A stretch of 64,000 nt of DNA from Clostridia bacterium (GTDB lineage: Bacteria; Bacillota; Clostridia; Oscillospirales; Feifaniaceae), in NCBI GenBank assembly GCA_017427525.1, contig JAFRSP010000018.1, positions 1,684-65,683 on the forward strand, given 5' to 3'. This document shows, piece by piece, positions 8,562 to 18,684 of the stretch (the first letter of the stretch is position 1; every line of letters begins with the position of its first letter). The translations under genes were made by a program, and so were the position numbers. The notes below the pieces were generated by a model that was given only the letters and a program-made list of their open reading frames with translations, was not told the DNA's origin and did no database searches.

Positions 8562-10340
8562 TTAGGCCTCCTCGGGGAAGAGCGGGAGAAGTTTCTTGGC
8601 ATAGACGTCGACCAATCCCATGTCGGTATACTTGGCGTCGGGAATGACGGGCAGCGCCATGGTGAGGATCCGCACCACCGGATTCTCCTGCGGCATGCCG
8701 GCGGCATGCAACGCATCCTTCATGCAGGCAACGTCCTTCGCGAGTTCCTCGCACGACTTGGTCGACATCAAGCCGCCCACCGGCAGAGGCAGGGTCGTCA
8801 CCTCTCCCTTGCAGGCGCAGCACATGCCGCCGCCGCAATCGCAAAGCGACCAGAAGGCCGCCATTGCGCTGTCGACGTCCTTGTAGACGATGCAAAGATT
8901 GTGGCAGTCATGCGACACGGTGGAGGCAAAGGCCCCCTCGGGAAGGCCGAATCCCCGAACCACGCCATGGCAGACATTGCCCCTTCCATAGCGGTTGATG
9001 ATGGCGACGTAGCAGAGGTCTTTCTGCTGCGACAGGTCGAGCACGCCCTCCTTCACGGGAATCTCTTCCACGCTGCGGGCCGTGACGGGGCTTCCAAGCT
9101 CGGGGAAAACCATCACATTGACCGCAACCTTCCCTTCCGAAACAGGAGCCGGAATGAAAAAGTCTTCTCTGCGCAGGGCGGGAGCGTTGACCGAGTTCTT
9201 TTCCTCCAAAGCGAAGCTCCGCCGTGCAATGGGGGCGATCAGACGGCCGTCTTTTGCTACGAGTTTTCCCGCAAAGTATACTGCCTTTACATCAAAATTC
9301 ACGAGATCTTCCAGAAGCAGAAAGTCTGCAACATAGCCGGGTGCGATCGCTCCGATCCCCTGCAGCCCCGATTCCAGCGCAGGATGCAGCGTTGCGCAGC
9401 GCAGCGCATCGACCGGATCGATGCCGCAGGCGACCGCCTTGCGCAGTGCGTTGTCCATGTGGCCGTTTTCCAGAATATCGTGCGCCTCCCGATCGTCTGT
9501 GCAGAGACTGATCCGATCGAGATACCTCAGGTTTTTCACACCGCTCCAAACCGCGGCAATATCTTTAGCGATCGAGCTCTCACGCGCATCCACATGGAGT
9601 CCCACGCGGATCTTCTCCACCGCCGCCTCCGCAGTGCGGGTTTCATGACAGGTGGTCGGGCCGCCGATCACATAGGCCGAGAGCAGACGGTCATCCATTG
9701 TGGGCAGGTGCCCCTGCAGATAGAGCCCCTCTTCCTCAGCGGCCTCAATGATCTCAAGCATTCGGCTCTCACCGTCTGCCACCGCAAGAAAGTCCATCAC
9801 TTCCGCCAAGCCGATCACGCGGGGGAGCTTAGCCAGACGGCGAATGACGGCGGCATCGAACTCCGCTCCGGCATTTTCAAGTCCCGGCACCGACGGCACG
9901 CAGGAAGGAATATCGATCAACTGCCGCATCGGGAGATCTTCTCCCGCATCGTGCATATAGACCACCGCTTCTTCTCCCAGAACATTTGCCAGTTCGTGCG
10001 GGTCGGTAACCACCGTGGTGGTGCCATGCGGTACTGCAGCAGCCGCAAATCCCCGCGGCGTGAGCATGGTGCTCTCAATATGGATATGGGGATCGATCAA
10101 GCCCGGCGTCAGATAGGCGCCCTTTCCATCGACGATTTCAAGGGCCAACGATCGGTCGGCGCTCTGCCCCTTTGCGATGTGAGCGATGAATCCGTCATAC
10201 ACATATACGGTGGCCGGGTAGATCTCGCCGGAAAAAACATTGACCAGCTGCACGTTTTCCACCGCCATCGTGCAGGGCCGTTTCCCCATCGCAGCTTCGA
10301 GGAGCTCCCGTTTATTGTTGGGCTTGAATTTCAATTTCAC
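8562..10340 (-). CDS. ade: Adenine deaminase (amidohydrolase superfamily)
   Basis: 592 aa, metal-binding motif GLIDPHIHIES, PHGTTTVVTDPHE, GTG start after an AAAGGAAG SD. Confidence 0.85.
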   Translation of the reverse strand: MKLKFKPNNKRELLEAAMGKRPCTMAVENVQLVNVFSGEIYPATVYVYDGFIAHIAKGQSADRSLALEIVDGKGAYLTPGLIDPHIHIESTMLTPRGFAAAAVPHGTTTVVTDPHELANVLGEEAVVYMHDAGEDLPMRQLIDIPSCVPSVPGLENAGAEFDAAVIRRLAKLPRVIGLAEVMDFLAVADGESRMLEIIEAAEEEGLYLQGHLPTMDDRLLSAYVIGGPTTCHETRTAEAAVEKIRVGLHVDARESSIAKDIAAVWSGVKNLRYLDRISLCTDDREAHDILENGHMDNALRKAVACGIDPVDALRCATLHPALESGLQGIGAIAPGYVADFLLLEDLVNFDVKAVYFAGKLVAKDGRLIAPIARRSFALEEKNSVNAPALRREDFFIPAPVSEGKVAVNVMVFPELGSPVTARSVEEIPVKEGVLDLSQQKDLCYVAIINRYGRGNVCHGVVRGFGLPEGAFASTVSHDCHNLCIVYKDVDSAMAAFWSLCDCGGGMCCACKGEVTTLPLPVGGLMSTKSCEELAKDVACMKDALHAAGMPQENPVVRILTMALPVIPDAKYTDMGLVDVYAKKLLPLFPEEA

Positions 10341-10390
10341 GCACTTCCTTTCCCGCAGTCCTCCGATATTTTCTGCTGTGGTTCTATGTT

Positions 10391-10419
10391 ATTATACCAG
10401 CTTTTTACCCCCTGCTCAA
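10391..10419 (-). promoter_or_regulatory. Promoter candidate for ade
   Basis: On the minus strand: TTGAGC, 17 nt, TATAAT with an upstream TGg (extended -10). The leader is only about 50 nt. Confidence 0.45.
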
Positions 10420-10532
10420 TGACTTTATCGGAAAATGGCTTCTCCCTTTTCGGAACTTTTTCCACCCCTTCCCGACCAAATACACGTGTTGCACCTTCTG
10501 CACACAGATGAGTTCCAAAAGGAGGTCTCAAG

Positions 10533-11663
10533 ATGAAACAACTCCCGTCGATAAAGCACCGCAGGCTTGCCGTCCTGCTGCTCTGCCTGACCCTGGTTCT
10601 GGCTTCCTGCAGTACAAAAAATGAAGCATCGTATGACTCACCGGCAGACGGGCTCCCCAGGAGCGCCGATAACTACGGCTTTTACACGTATGACGAGGAT
10701 ATGACTTTGGAAGCGGCTTCGGAAGATGAAACGGCTTTTACTCCATCGAAATCCCCCGACTCCGATCCGCTTCTTCCTGATTCCGCTGCACTGGGCGGGT
10801 ATGAGAACCTGGAACAAAAGCTGATCTACATCGGATATCTCTCGGTCGAGACCTTGGATTTCGATCAGACCTGCTCCGGCGTGGAGGAGATGATTCGGCA
10901 GTATGGCGGCTACACGGAAGCCTCCAATCTTTCGGGCAGAACCGTCTACCGCGGAGAAGAGGGCATGCCGACCCTGGTCGACCGCTATGCGACTTACACC
11001 CTGCGCATCCCCAAGGCGAAGTTTTCGGATTTTATGGCCCATGCCGGAGACCTCGGCAACGTGACCGACGTCTCCACCCAGCTGGAGAATATCTCGCCCC
11101 AGTTCTACGATACGCAGTCCCGTCTCGACGCTTACCAGATCCAATATGACCGTCTTCTCTCTCTGTTGGAAAAGGCCGATCGCATAGAGGATATTCTCGC
11201 GCTCGAATCCCAGCTCACCGAGGTGCGGTATCGTATCGAGGCCATGACCACCCAACTGCGCGGATGGCAGTCGCAAGTGGATTACAGCACCGTTCACCTC
11301 AATGTCCGCGAGGTCACCCGGTATACGCCTCCGGAAAAACAGAGCTATCCTGAGCGGCTGGTCAAAGCAATTTCGGGCAGCCTGAGCCGTTTTATCGAGC
11401 TGATCGGCAACTTTATCATTGACTTCATCTATATCATCCCCTGGATTGTCGTTCTGGTCGTGGTATACCTCCTGGTTCGCAGATTCCATCCACTGAAGTT
11501 CCTGCCAAAGAGAAGAAAGAAAAAGAAGGACGCATCTTTCCCTGCGGGAAACAGCTATGAGCCCATCCCCACAGAAAAAGACCCTGTGTCGCAGACAGAA
11601 GGCGGCCATGAGGCTCTTTCCGCCCAAGATGAGAACGAGCTGGTTTCCCCTGCTGATCAATAA
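10533..11663 (+). CDS. DUF4349-type lipoprotein (N-terminal lipobox, coiled-coil core, C-terminal TM helix)
   Basis: Lipobox LVLASCS. Core ...DVSTQLENISPQFYDTQSRLDAYQIQYDRLLSLLEKA...YSTVHLNVRE matches my memory of DUF4349. Strong SD AAGGAGG. Confidence 0.65.
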   Translation: MKQLPSIKHRRLAVLLLCLTLVLASCSTKNEASYDSPADGLPRSADNYGFYTYDEDMTLEAASEDETAFTPSKSPDSDPLLPDSAALGGYENLEQKLIYIGYLSVETLDFDQTCSGVEEMIRQYGGYTEASNLSGRTVYRGEEGMPTLVDRYATYTLRIPKAKFSDFMAHAGDLGNVTDVSTQLENISPQFYDTQSRLDAYQIQYDRLLSLLEKADRIEDILALESQLTEVRYRIEAMTTQLRGWQSQVDYSTVHLNVREVTRYTPPEKQSYPERLVKAISGSLSRFIELIGNFIIDFIYIIPWIVVLVVVYLLVRRFHPLKFLPKRRKKKKDASFPAGNSYEPIPTEKDPVSQTEGGHEALSAQDENELVSPADQ

Positions 11664-11734
11664 TCTTCTCTTTTGTTCTCCATTGCTTCGTTGAAAACCG
11701 GAGATCTTGAATCAACCCATCCCCAAACAGATTC

Positions 11735-11764
11735 GGGGCAGCTCTCTTTCCCGAGAGCTGCCCC
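11735..11764. terminator. Hairpin between convergent DUF4349 gene and thpR
   Basis: Perfect 12-bp stem GGGGCAGCTCTC / GAGAGCTGCCCC with a 6-nt loop. The flanking T/A tracts are short. Confidence 0.5.
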
Positions 11765-11873
11765 GATTTGTCGTTGAACCCCACCCGATGCGGTTCATCT
11801 CGCCGCAGGGACTTCGTCTCAAATTGCTCCTTCTTCGCCCATGCCTCTGCGGAGCCGTATTGCGAAGGGTATC

Positions 11874-12383
11874 CTATCTCAGCGCTGCAGATCCGATCTC
11901 GGTATAGCACAGAAGCCCATTCTTCCGCTCGGATTTCATCAGGGAGAGCCGCTGCACGGTCATGCCCGCGGGCAGGATCATCCCCCTGATGGGTCCCTGT
12001 GTTTCCGCACGCCGCGCCACCGTGATATGCGCTTTGAATTTTCCGCGCTCTATCTGAAATCCCTGCGCAAGAAGCGCATCCTGCAGATCCTTTACCAGAC
12101 GGAGCAGTTCCTCGTTTTGTTTTAACCCGACCCAAAGGAGGTCGCCGAAGCGGCCCATTTTATCGAGCTCAAATTCAAAGGGCCGACTGCTGAGCGCAGC
12201 CTGCCGCATGGCGGCCATCGCCCCCTCCACCCGCTCGGTCTCCCCTAAAAATGCGAGTGTGAGATGCAGATTCTCAGGCCTTGTATAATTTGCGCGCACC
12301 CCTTGCTCCTTCAACGCTGTGATACTGCCGAGCAGAGCGCGTTCCACCGGCTCATCCGGCAAAATCGCAAGAAACAGCCGCAC
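11874..12383 (-). CDS. thpR: RNA 2',3'-cyclic phosphodiesterase (2H phosphoesterase, LigT/ThpR)
   Basis: Two HxT/S motifs (HLTLAFLG and HITVAR). GTG at 12383 lies 5 nt after AGGAGGGA. The listed ORF start at 12437 is an extension. Confidence 0.8.
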   Translation of the reverse strand: MRLFLAILPDEPVERALLGSITALKEQGVRANYTRPENLHLTLAFLGETERVEGAMAAMRQAALSSRPFEFELDKMGRFGDLLWVGLKQNEELLRLVKDLQDALLAQGFQIERGKFKAHITVARRAETQGPIRGMILPAGMTVQRLSLMKSERKNGLLCYTEIGSAALR

Positions 12384-12469
12384 CGTTCTCCCTCCTTTTT
12401 CAATACAGTATAATCCAATAGCCTGCCGGCCCTGCACCGGAACCCTGTAAGACCCCCCTTCGAGCTTTT

Positions 12470-12507
12470 AAAAATGCCTGCCTTCCACAAAACGCAGAAA
12501 GCAGGCA
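12470..12507 (-). terminator. Weak hairpin terminator after ftsZ
   Basis: 7-bp stem TGCCTGC/GCAGGCA with a 19-nt loop, followed by T5 on the minus strand. Confidence 0.35.
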
Positions 12508-12524
12508 CTTTTTTATCTTGCCGG

Positions 12525-13763
12525 TCAGCCTCTCTTTTTGAAAATATTCAGGATGGTATCGATATCGTTGATATCCTCATCGCTGATGGTAAAGCGCGCA
12601 GGCGCCGTCGGCTCCGGCGCTGCGGAAGTCTCGGTGTTTTCTGCGGCAACCGTAGAAGGCGTTGAGAAAAGCGTGTTGAAAGGCTTATGGGTACTGGGCG
12701 TTCCGTCGAAAATCGTCTTGATTCCATCGGACTCCGCCGCGGGCGCCGCGGGAGCCGCTGCAGAAGCTGCCGTCTCCGCTGCCGCGAGTCCGTCCGACGC
12801 CGTGGCAAGCTTCTCAAATCCGGTGGCAATAATCGTAACCCGCACCTCGTCTGCCAAGGTATCGTCGAAGGAAACTCCGAAAATGATATTGGCATCCGGA
12901 TGGGCAGCCGCCGTGACCACGCTGACCGCCTCGTCGACCTCGGTCAACCCGATATCGTTGGGCGCGAAAATGTTGATGATTACACCGCGGGCTCCGTTGA
13001 TGGTGGTTTCGATCAGGGGGCTGTTGATGGCCTCGAGCACCGCCTCGGTCATCTTGTCGCGACCGGTGCCGTGTCCTACGCCCATATGTGCATAGCCCGC
13101 ATCCTTCATAACCGAGGAAACGTCTGCAAAATCGAGATTGATGTATCCGGGGACGTTGATGAGATCCGACAGGTTGGCGACGCCCAGGCGCAGCACGTCG
13201 TCTGCACGCTCAAACGCATTGTTCAGGGAGATCGGCGTATCGCTGACCAGCTTGAGGCGCTCATTGGGGATCACGATCAGGGAATCCACCTGCTCCCTGA
13301 GCAGACGGATGCCTTCCTCGGCGGCCGTCATACGGCGCTTGCCTTCAAAATTGAAGGGCTTGGTGACGATACCGACGGTTAAAATTCCCATCTCTTTGGC
13401 AATCCCAGCCACCACGGGGGAGCCGCCGGTTCCGGTGCCGCCGCCCATTCCTGCGGTGATAAACACCATATCGGCGCCCTTGAGGGCCGCAGCCAGCTCT
13501 TCCCTGTTTTCTTCTGCCGCACGGGCGCCTTTTTCGGGATTGGCCCCTGCGCCCTGACCCTTGGTCAGCTTTTCTCCGATGCGGATCTTCTGCGTCGCCT
13601 TCGAATTGTCCAGATCCTGCTTATCCGTGTTGACCGAAATAAACTCTACGCTTGTGATCCCGGATAATACCATGCGGTTGACGGCGTTGTTGCCCGCGCC
13701 GCCAATTCCAACGACTTTAATATTGACAGGTGCTGCTGTGCTGGAATCGAAATCAAAAATCAT
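12525..13763 (-). CDS. ftsZ: Cell division GTPase FtsZ
   Basis: [13 protein letters not shown] and tubulin signature [11 protein letters not shown], Ala/Pro-rich linker, C-terminal conserved peptide. Confidence 0.97.
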   Translation of the reverse strand: MIFDFDSSTAAPVNIKVVGIGGAGNNAVNRMVLSGITSVEFISVNTDKQDLDNSKATQKIRIGEKLTKGQGAGANPEKGARAAEENREELAAALKGADMVFITAGMGGGTGTGGSPVVAGIAKEMGILTVGIVTKPFNFEGKRRMTAAEEGIRLLREQVDSLIVIPNERLKLVSDTPISLNNAFERADDVLRLGVANLSDLINVPGYINLDFADVSSVMKDAGYAHMGVGHGTGRDKMTEAVLEAINSPLIETTINGARGVIINIFAPNDIGLTEVDEAVSVVTAAAHPDANIIFGVSFDDTLADEVRVTIIATGFEKLATASDGLAAAETAASAAAPAAPAAESDGIKTIFDGTPSTHKPFNTLFSTPSTVAAENTETSAAPEPTAPARFTISDEDINDIDTILNIFKKRG

Positions 13764-13870
13764 ACGCTATTTCCTCCTGCTTTCGGTCAAACGGCGGGCA
13801 AGCCCTCCGCAGTTGATCATTCTTCTTGTAAAATGACAGACAGTAAAACATCTATGGTATTAAGTTTAGA

Positions 13871-14206
13871 CTATTCTGAGTCCAAATTCAAGAGATTTCT
13901 CCGCAAGATTGCGAGGTTTTGGAAAATTCTCGTTGCGAACACGACCAGCGCTGCCAGTCCGAGCTGCATGTTGATCTTCTTCCCAAAATAGGTCAATGCA
14001 GCCGCAAGCAGCGCATTGATGAAGAAGCCTGAAATGAAAATGCTCTCGTTGTATTCCCCAAGCGCTTTTGCACGCAGGCCACCGATGATGGAATCGGCAC
14101 AGGCCACCAGCATGATCCCGATATAATCGGAAAGGATCTGCGGAAAATAGCCCGGAAACCAGAGCCCGAGCAGGATCCCGATCGCGAGCCCCAGAATACT
14201 TGCCAT
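13871..14206 (-). CDS. sbp: Small basic protein Sbp (DUF1290)
   Basis: Close resemblance to B. subtilis Sbp (...LIGGLRAKALGEYNESIFISGFF...IFQNLAILRRNLL). ATG at 14206, directly after the DUF881 stop. Confidence 0.8.
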   Translation of the reverse strand: MASILGLAIGILLGLWFPGYFPQILSDYIGIMLVACADSIIGGLRAKALGEYNESIFISGFFINALLAAALTYFGKKINMQLGLAALVVFATRIFQNLAILRRNLLNLDSE

Positions 14207-14207
14207 A

Positions 14208-15095
14208 TCACTCGCCCTCCCCTTCTCCAAGACGCTCTCTTGCATATTGGAATGAGGTTTTACCGGTGTAACCCGCAATCAAAACCTCGTCTGACTTTTG
14301 CAGCTCGATCTGAATGCCCCAGATGGCAAGCTGTTCGATCACGCCGCCCCGCATCCGCAGCGCCGAGCTCATGCCCTCGGCGTCTCCGATGGCGCAAATC
14401 ACATAGGGTGCAACGTAGCGATTGTTGTTGACGCTGATGGTAGATCCGGCACACCGGATCTCACTGGTGGCCAAAAGGCGCTCGCCGTTGATGCTGATCG
14501 CTTCGGCTCCGGCATCTCGCAGTTCGTTGACCACCTGAAGAATATCATTGTCGTGAATGATATAGTAATTGGAATCTGCCCCGCTCTCTGTGATCTGACC
14601 GGCGCTGTCGCTCATGGTGATGATGAGCCCCGGTCCCACCACGTCGGTAAAACCAGCCGCAAGCTGGGCGCGCGTGAGCTCGCTGTTCAGCACGGCGGCA
14701 TAGTCGCCGCTCTGCAGCGCCATCTGACGGTAGCTTGAAAGGTCATCCTTGCTGCGCAGCAGCTCTTCATACAGCTCCTGATTCTTTGCACGCTCCTTAT
14801 TGAGCAGACTTTGCAGCTCCTCTGCGCGGAGCTGGGAACTGGTGATCGTGTTGTTTGAGACCTTCACGCTTTTGAACTGCATGGAAACCAAAAAGCCGAA
14901 GAGAATGCAGACCAGAAAAACGCCAAATCCAAACGACCGTTTTGCCTCAACAGGGGGCAGTTCTTTTGGAGACGAGGCCGGCGGATTCCCGTCTAAGACT
15001 TCGCCTGTCACCGCATCTTCCCGCACGGAAAGCTGCTTGTCCGACGATTGGCCGTTTTCCTGCTCAAACTCCTGATTCCATTCATGATCCGCCAT
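14208..15095 (-). CDS. DUF881 division-associated membrane protein (YlxW/YlxX-like)
   Basis: ATG at 15095 after an AAGGAGG SD, one TM helix, DUF881-like C-terminal domain, at the position between ftsQ and sbp as in Bacillus. Confidence 0.7.
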   Translation of the reverse strand: MADHEWNQEFEQENGQSSDKQLSVREDAVTGEVLDGNPPASSPKELPPVEAKRSFGFGVFLVCILFGFLVSMQFKSVKVSNNTITSSQLRAEELQSLLNKERAKNQELYEELLRSKDDLSSYRQMALQSGDYAAVLNSELTRAQLAAGFTDVVGPGLIITMSDSAGQITESGADSNYYIIHDNDILQVVNELRDAGAEAISINGERLLATSEIRCAGSTISVNNNRYVAPYVICAIGDAEGMSSALRMRGGVIEQLAIWGIQIELQKSDEVLIAGYTGKTSFQYARERLGEGEGE

Positions 15096-15141
15096 ACCGT
15101 ACCTCCTTTCTATCCCTTGGACACTCCGTTCCGGTCTGCAT

Positions 15142-16107
15142 TCATACGGGCTCGGGAATCGCTCCCGTGGAGCGGCGGCCGCTCGGCCGATGCACCACCT
15201 GTCCCGCTGTGGCGGCATCCAGCGTGCCGACCGCATTTTCATCCAGCCGCTTGATGCTCTCTGCCACCAGCTGAAGCTTGTCCCCAATCAGAAGGCTGTC
15301 CCCAAGTTCGATCACAAAACGCCCTCCCCACGAAATGGTGATCTCCGAGGGGTTTTGCAGATTGACTACACGGGCTCCTTCCAACAATTGATTCTCAGAC
15401 AGCGACGAAAACACATCCTCAAAAATGGAACGATCACTGTCCAACTGAAAGACGACCTTCTTTCCAACCTCGATCGGATCTTCAAAGCGGGCCAGCACAA
15501 GCGGATAGCTCTTCCCGCTCGCGTCTTCTTCCAGGTGCCCGAGCACCTTCCCATCCATCCGAACGAGGTATTCCTCGCCCGTTTTGCTCTGCACCAGGTA
15601 GCTGGGGAGCGCACGGGTGAGCTTCACCTCCACATGATCGGGCAGCGATCGTCGAATCTCTGCCTTCTCCAGCCATGGCATGCGAGACATCAGCACCCGT
15701 TCCATATGGCGGGGGCGAAGCAGCAGCAAAGGCTGTCCCTCCTGCAGTCCGCAGGTGTCAAGTACTAAGCCTTCACTGTATGGAGCGTCTCCGCTTACAA
15801 TGATCGTGCCGACAGGCAGACTGCGCACGGCATAGACGCCGAGTGCACACAGCCCAATCAAAAGCGTGATGAATACCACGCCCAGCAGTTTTCTCAAGAT
15901 CCTGCCCCGTGCGGTGCGCCTTCTCCTCTTGGGGTCTCCCGTTTTCTTCTCCGAGGAGGCGCGGCGTGTTCGTTTCCTTGCCCTTAGCTCACGGTCTTCC
16001 GCCTTTTGCAGCTTTTTTTGCTCCTTTTGCTCTTTCTTTAAGGCGCGCTTTCTTGTTTTTCTTGCAGCCTTTCTATCCTCGCTGTCGCTTCGGGTCTGGG
16101 AAGGCAT
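15142..16107 (-). CDS. ftsQ: FtsQ/DivIB-type cell division protein (POTRA domain) with a highly basic N-terminal tail
   Basis: Lys/Arg-rich N-terminus, a single TM helix (LLGVVFITLLIGLCALGVYAV), then POTRA-like and FtsQ-like regions. Sits in dcw context. Confidence 0.75.
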   Translation of the reverse strand: MPSQTRSDSEDRKAARKTRKRALKKEQKEQKKLQKAEDRELRARKRTRRASSEKKTGDPKRRRRTARGRILRKLLGVVFITLLIGLCALGVYAVRSLPVGTIIVSGDAPYSEGLVLDTCGLQEGQPLLLLRPRHMERVLMSRMPWLEKAEIRRSLPDHVEVKLTRALPSYLVQSKTGEEYLVRMDGKVLGHLEEDASGKSYPLVLARFEDPIEVGKKVVFQLDSDRSIFEDVFSSLSENQLLEGARVVNLQNPSEITISWGGRFVIELGDSLLIGDKLQLVAESIKRLDENAVGTLDAATAGQVVHRPSGRRSTGAIPEPV

Positions 16108-16133
16108 GGCCGATCACCCCCTTCTTGTTTTTT

Positions 16134-17393
16134 CTATGCAAGACTCTGCACCCTGATTGAAGCGCCAATCGAATTCCAGCGCTCTGTGATACGCTCATAG
16201 CCCCGTTCGATGCAGTGCTGTGCGTCATGTACCTTTGTGTTCCCCTCTGCGCCAAGACCGGCAAGCAGCAGCGCTGCACCGCCGCGCAAATCCTCCGCCT
16301 CTACCTGTCCACCGTGCAGAGGTCTCCCGCGTACCAGCGCCACCCTCCCGCTCACAGAGATATCCGCTCCCATTCGATGGAGCTGCGGCACATGCTGATA
16401 GCGGTTTTCAAACATGTTTTCCACCATCACGCTGTCGCCTTCTGCCGTTGCTGCCAATGTGACAAAGGGCGCTTGAAGATCGGTGGGAAAACCGGGATAT
16501 GGCATGGTGCGCAGGATTCCCATGCCTGAAAGCCTTTTGGGCGCTTTGAGGAATACGGCGCCTTCCTCCGATCTGATCTCACATCCCGATCGGATCAAAG
16601 CTTCAATTGCCGCGCCCATATGGCGAACTGCTACGCTGCGCAGGGTGAGACTTCCCCCTGTGACGGCCGCCGCGCATAGATCGGTTGCCGCTGCGATGCG
16701 GTCGGGCAGTACGGTATGCTGCGCACCATTCAGGCAGTTGCTGCCCCGCACTGTGACGGTATCGGTTCCCGCCCCCATCACTACGGCCCCCATCTGATTG
16801 AGCAACTTCGCCAAATCCACGATCTCGGGTTCCCGCGCGGCCCCGCTCAATACGGTTGTGCAGGGAAGCCTCGCTGCCAAAAGCATCACATTTTCAGTTG
16901 CCCCCACGCTGGGAAAGGGAAGCATCACAATAGAATCTTTTCTCTGCCTCATGGCAGCGCTGAGGTGGTCTCCCTCTTTTTCAATCACAACTCCCATATC
17001 GGCAAACGCCTGCAGATGATAATCGATGGGACGCGCTCCGATCGCGCAACCCCCCGGGGTGTGAATGCTTCCGGTCCCGCATCGACCAAGCAACGCCCCC
17101 AGCAGTGTGACCGAGGAACGCATCTGCCGCATCAGCTCCTGAGGAACCTCGGTTGAAGAGACTCCCGTGGCATCGACTGCAACGGTTGACCCCTCTCGGG
17201 AGCAAACACATCCAAGGCTTTGCAGAATTTCAAGCTGCGCCGCCACATCCCGGATTTCGGGGCAATTTTTCAGCACGGTGACATCCTTTGCCAGAAGCGC
17301 CGCAGAGAGCAGAACCAGCGCCGAATTCTTAGCTCCCTGCGCCGTCAACTCCCCCGCCATGGGCTTTCCGCCCTCGATCTCATATATCGTCAT
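16134..17393 (-). CDS. murA: UDP-N-acetylglucosamine 1-carboxyvinyltransferase MurA
   Basis: GAKNSALVLLSAALLA N-terminal motif and EPSP-synthase-fold length of about 419 aa. ATG at 17393. Confidence 0.9.
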   Translation of the reverse strand: MTIYEIEGGKPMAGELTAQGAKNSALVLLSAALLAKDVTVLKNCPEIRDVAAQLEILQSLGCVCSREGSTVAVDATGVSSTEVPQELMRQMRSSVTLLGALLGRCGTGSIHTPGGCAIGARPIDYHLQAFADMGVVIEKEGDHLSAAMRQRKDSIVMLPFPSVGATENVMLLAARLPCTTVLSGAAREPEIVDLAKLLNQMGAVVMGAGTDTVTVRGSNCLNGAQHTVLPDRIAAATDLCAAAVTGGSLTLRSVAVRHMGAAIEALIRSGCEIRSEEGAVFLKAPKRLSGMGILRTMPYPGFPTDLQAPFVTLAATAEGDSVMVENMFENRYQHVPQLHRMGADISVSGRVALVRGRPLHGGQVEAEDLRGGAALLLAGLGAEGNTKVHDAQHCIERGYERITERWNSIGASIRVQSLA

Positions 17394-17459
17394 ACCTGCC
17401 ACCCTCCATCCTTGTTCCATGCTATGCGGCAGATGAAGGATCGGTTCCGGCCTTTCCTG

Positions 17460-18587
17460 TCAAACGGACTGCGACGTTCCTTGCCGTAAAAACGGCGCGA
17501 TGCTGTCGTAAATGCGCTGTGTAGAATCGAGAATGGCAAATTGCTGCGCAGCCTGACTCATGGACCGCAGCTTCTCCTCATCCGACAACAGGGCGTTAAC
17601 CCTGTCATACAGCACCTGTCCGCTGCAGTCTTTTTCCTCCAGGAGTTCTGCGGCGCCAACCTTTGCAAAAGCCAGTGCATTATAGTATTGGTGATTGTCC
17701 GTTACGTTCGGCGACGGGATCAGAATGGAGGGTTTCCCCATTGCGGCAAGCTCTCCAAGCGTGATCGCTCCTGCGCGGCAGATGAGCAAATCGGCCGCCG
17801 CCATCACGTCCTCCATGTTGAAAATGTACTCCCTCAAGTCGATGAGCGGATAGCGTTCGGGCGTGATGCCCCGCTCCTCCAGCTCTCCCGGCAGCCATTT
17901 GATCCCAAATTGTCCGGCTGCATGAATGTGGCGGAAGCGTCCCTCCGAGCAGTGCAGCGCCATCAGCTCCCGGATGTTTTCGTTGAACCTCCGGCTCCCC
18001 ATCGAACCTCCGAAGGAGACCAGCAGTCGCTCGGATTCTTTGATCTCCAAACGCTCCCTGGCGGCTGCCCTGTCGGCAAACAGGATCTCTCTGCGGATCG
18101 GATTGCCCACCAACACGCTTTTTTTACAAGTGAGACGGGTCTTTGCATCTGCAAAGCCCAGCATGACAAGGTCCACCCTGCTCGCCAGTCTTCGGGTGGT
18201 CAGGCCGGGGAAGGCGTTCTGCTCGTGAATGGCGGTCGGAATCCCCAAATCGCAGGCCGCCCAAACCAGCGGCCCGCTGACATAACCGCCCGTGCCGATG
18301 ACAAGATCGGGTGAAAACTCCCTGAGAAGCCGCTTGCTCTTGCCGATAGCTGAAACCGCCTTGGATACGTTGCGGATATTTTCAAGGCTCAGCTTGCGCT
18401 TCAGCCCATAGACCTCTATCTCGGTTAATGGGTACCCCGCACGCGGAACCAGCTTTGATTCGATGCCATAATTCGTTCCGACAAAACGGATATCCGCTTT
18501 GGAATGGCGGGCTTTGATAAAGTCCGCAATGGCAATCGCGGGGTTGACATGTCCCGCCGTACCGCCGCCGCACAGCAACACCTTCAT
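17460..18587 (-). CDS. murG: Undecaprenyl-PP-MurNAc-pentapeptide GlcNAc transferase MurG
   Basis: MKVLLCGGGTAGHVNPAIA N-terminus. ATG at 18587 after a GGAGGAG SD. Confidence 0.92.
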   Translation of the reverse strand: MKVLLCGGGTAGHVNPAIAIADFIKARHSKADIRFVGTNYGIESKLVPRAGYPLTEIEVYGLKRKLSLENIRNVSKAVSAIGKSKRLLREFSPDLVIGTGGYVSGPLVWAACDLGIPTAIHEQNAFPGLTTRRLASRVDLVMLGFADAKTRLTCKKSVLVGNPIRREILFADRAAARERLEIKESERLLVSFGGSMGSRRFNENIRELMALHCSEGRFRHIHAAGQFGIKWLPGELEERGITPERYPLIDLREYIFNMEDVMAAADLLICRAGAITLGELAAMGKPSILIPSPNVTDNHQYYNALAFAKVGAAELLEEKDCSGQVLYDRVNALLSDEEKLRSMSQAAQQFAILDSTQRIYDSIAPFLRQGTSQSV

Positions 18588-18684
18588 GAGGATTCTCACT
18601 CCTCCGATCACAGTTTTCGGGGATACGCACAAAATCCGCCTCTCAGGGCGGCAAAAAGGCCTTTCAAATCTGCCTGGCTCCGTT

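Noticed and set aside
10341-10420. Purine riboswitch upstream of adenine deaminase
   Set aside because: The leader from the predicted promoter to the GTG start is only about 50 nt and shows no three-way junction.
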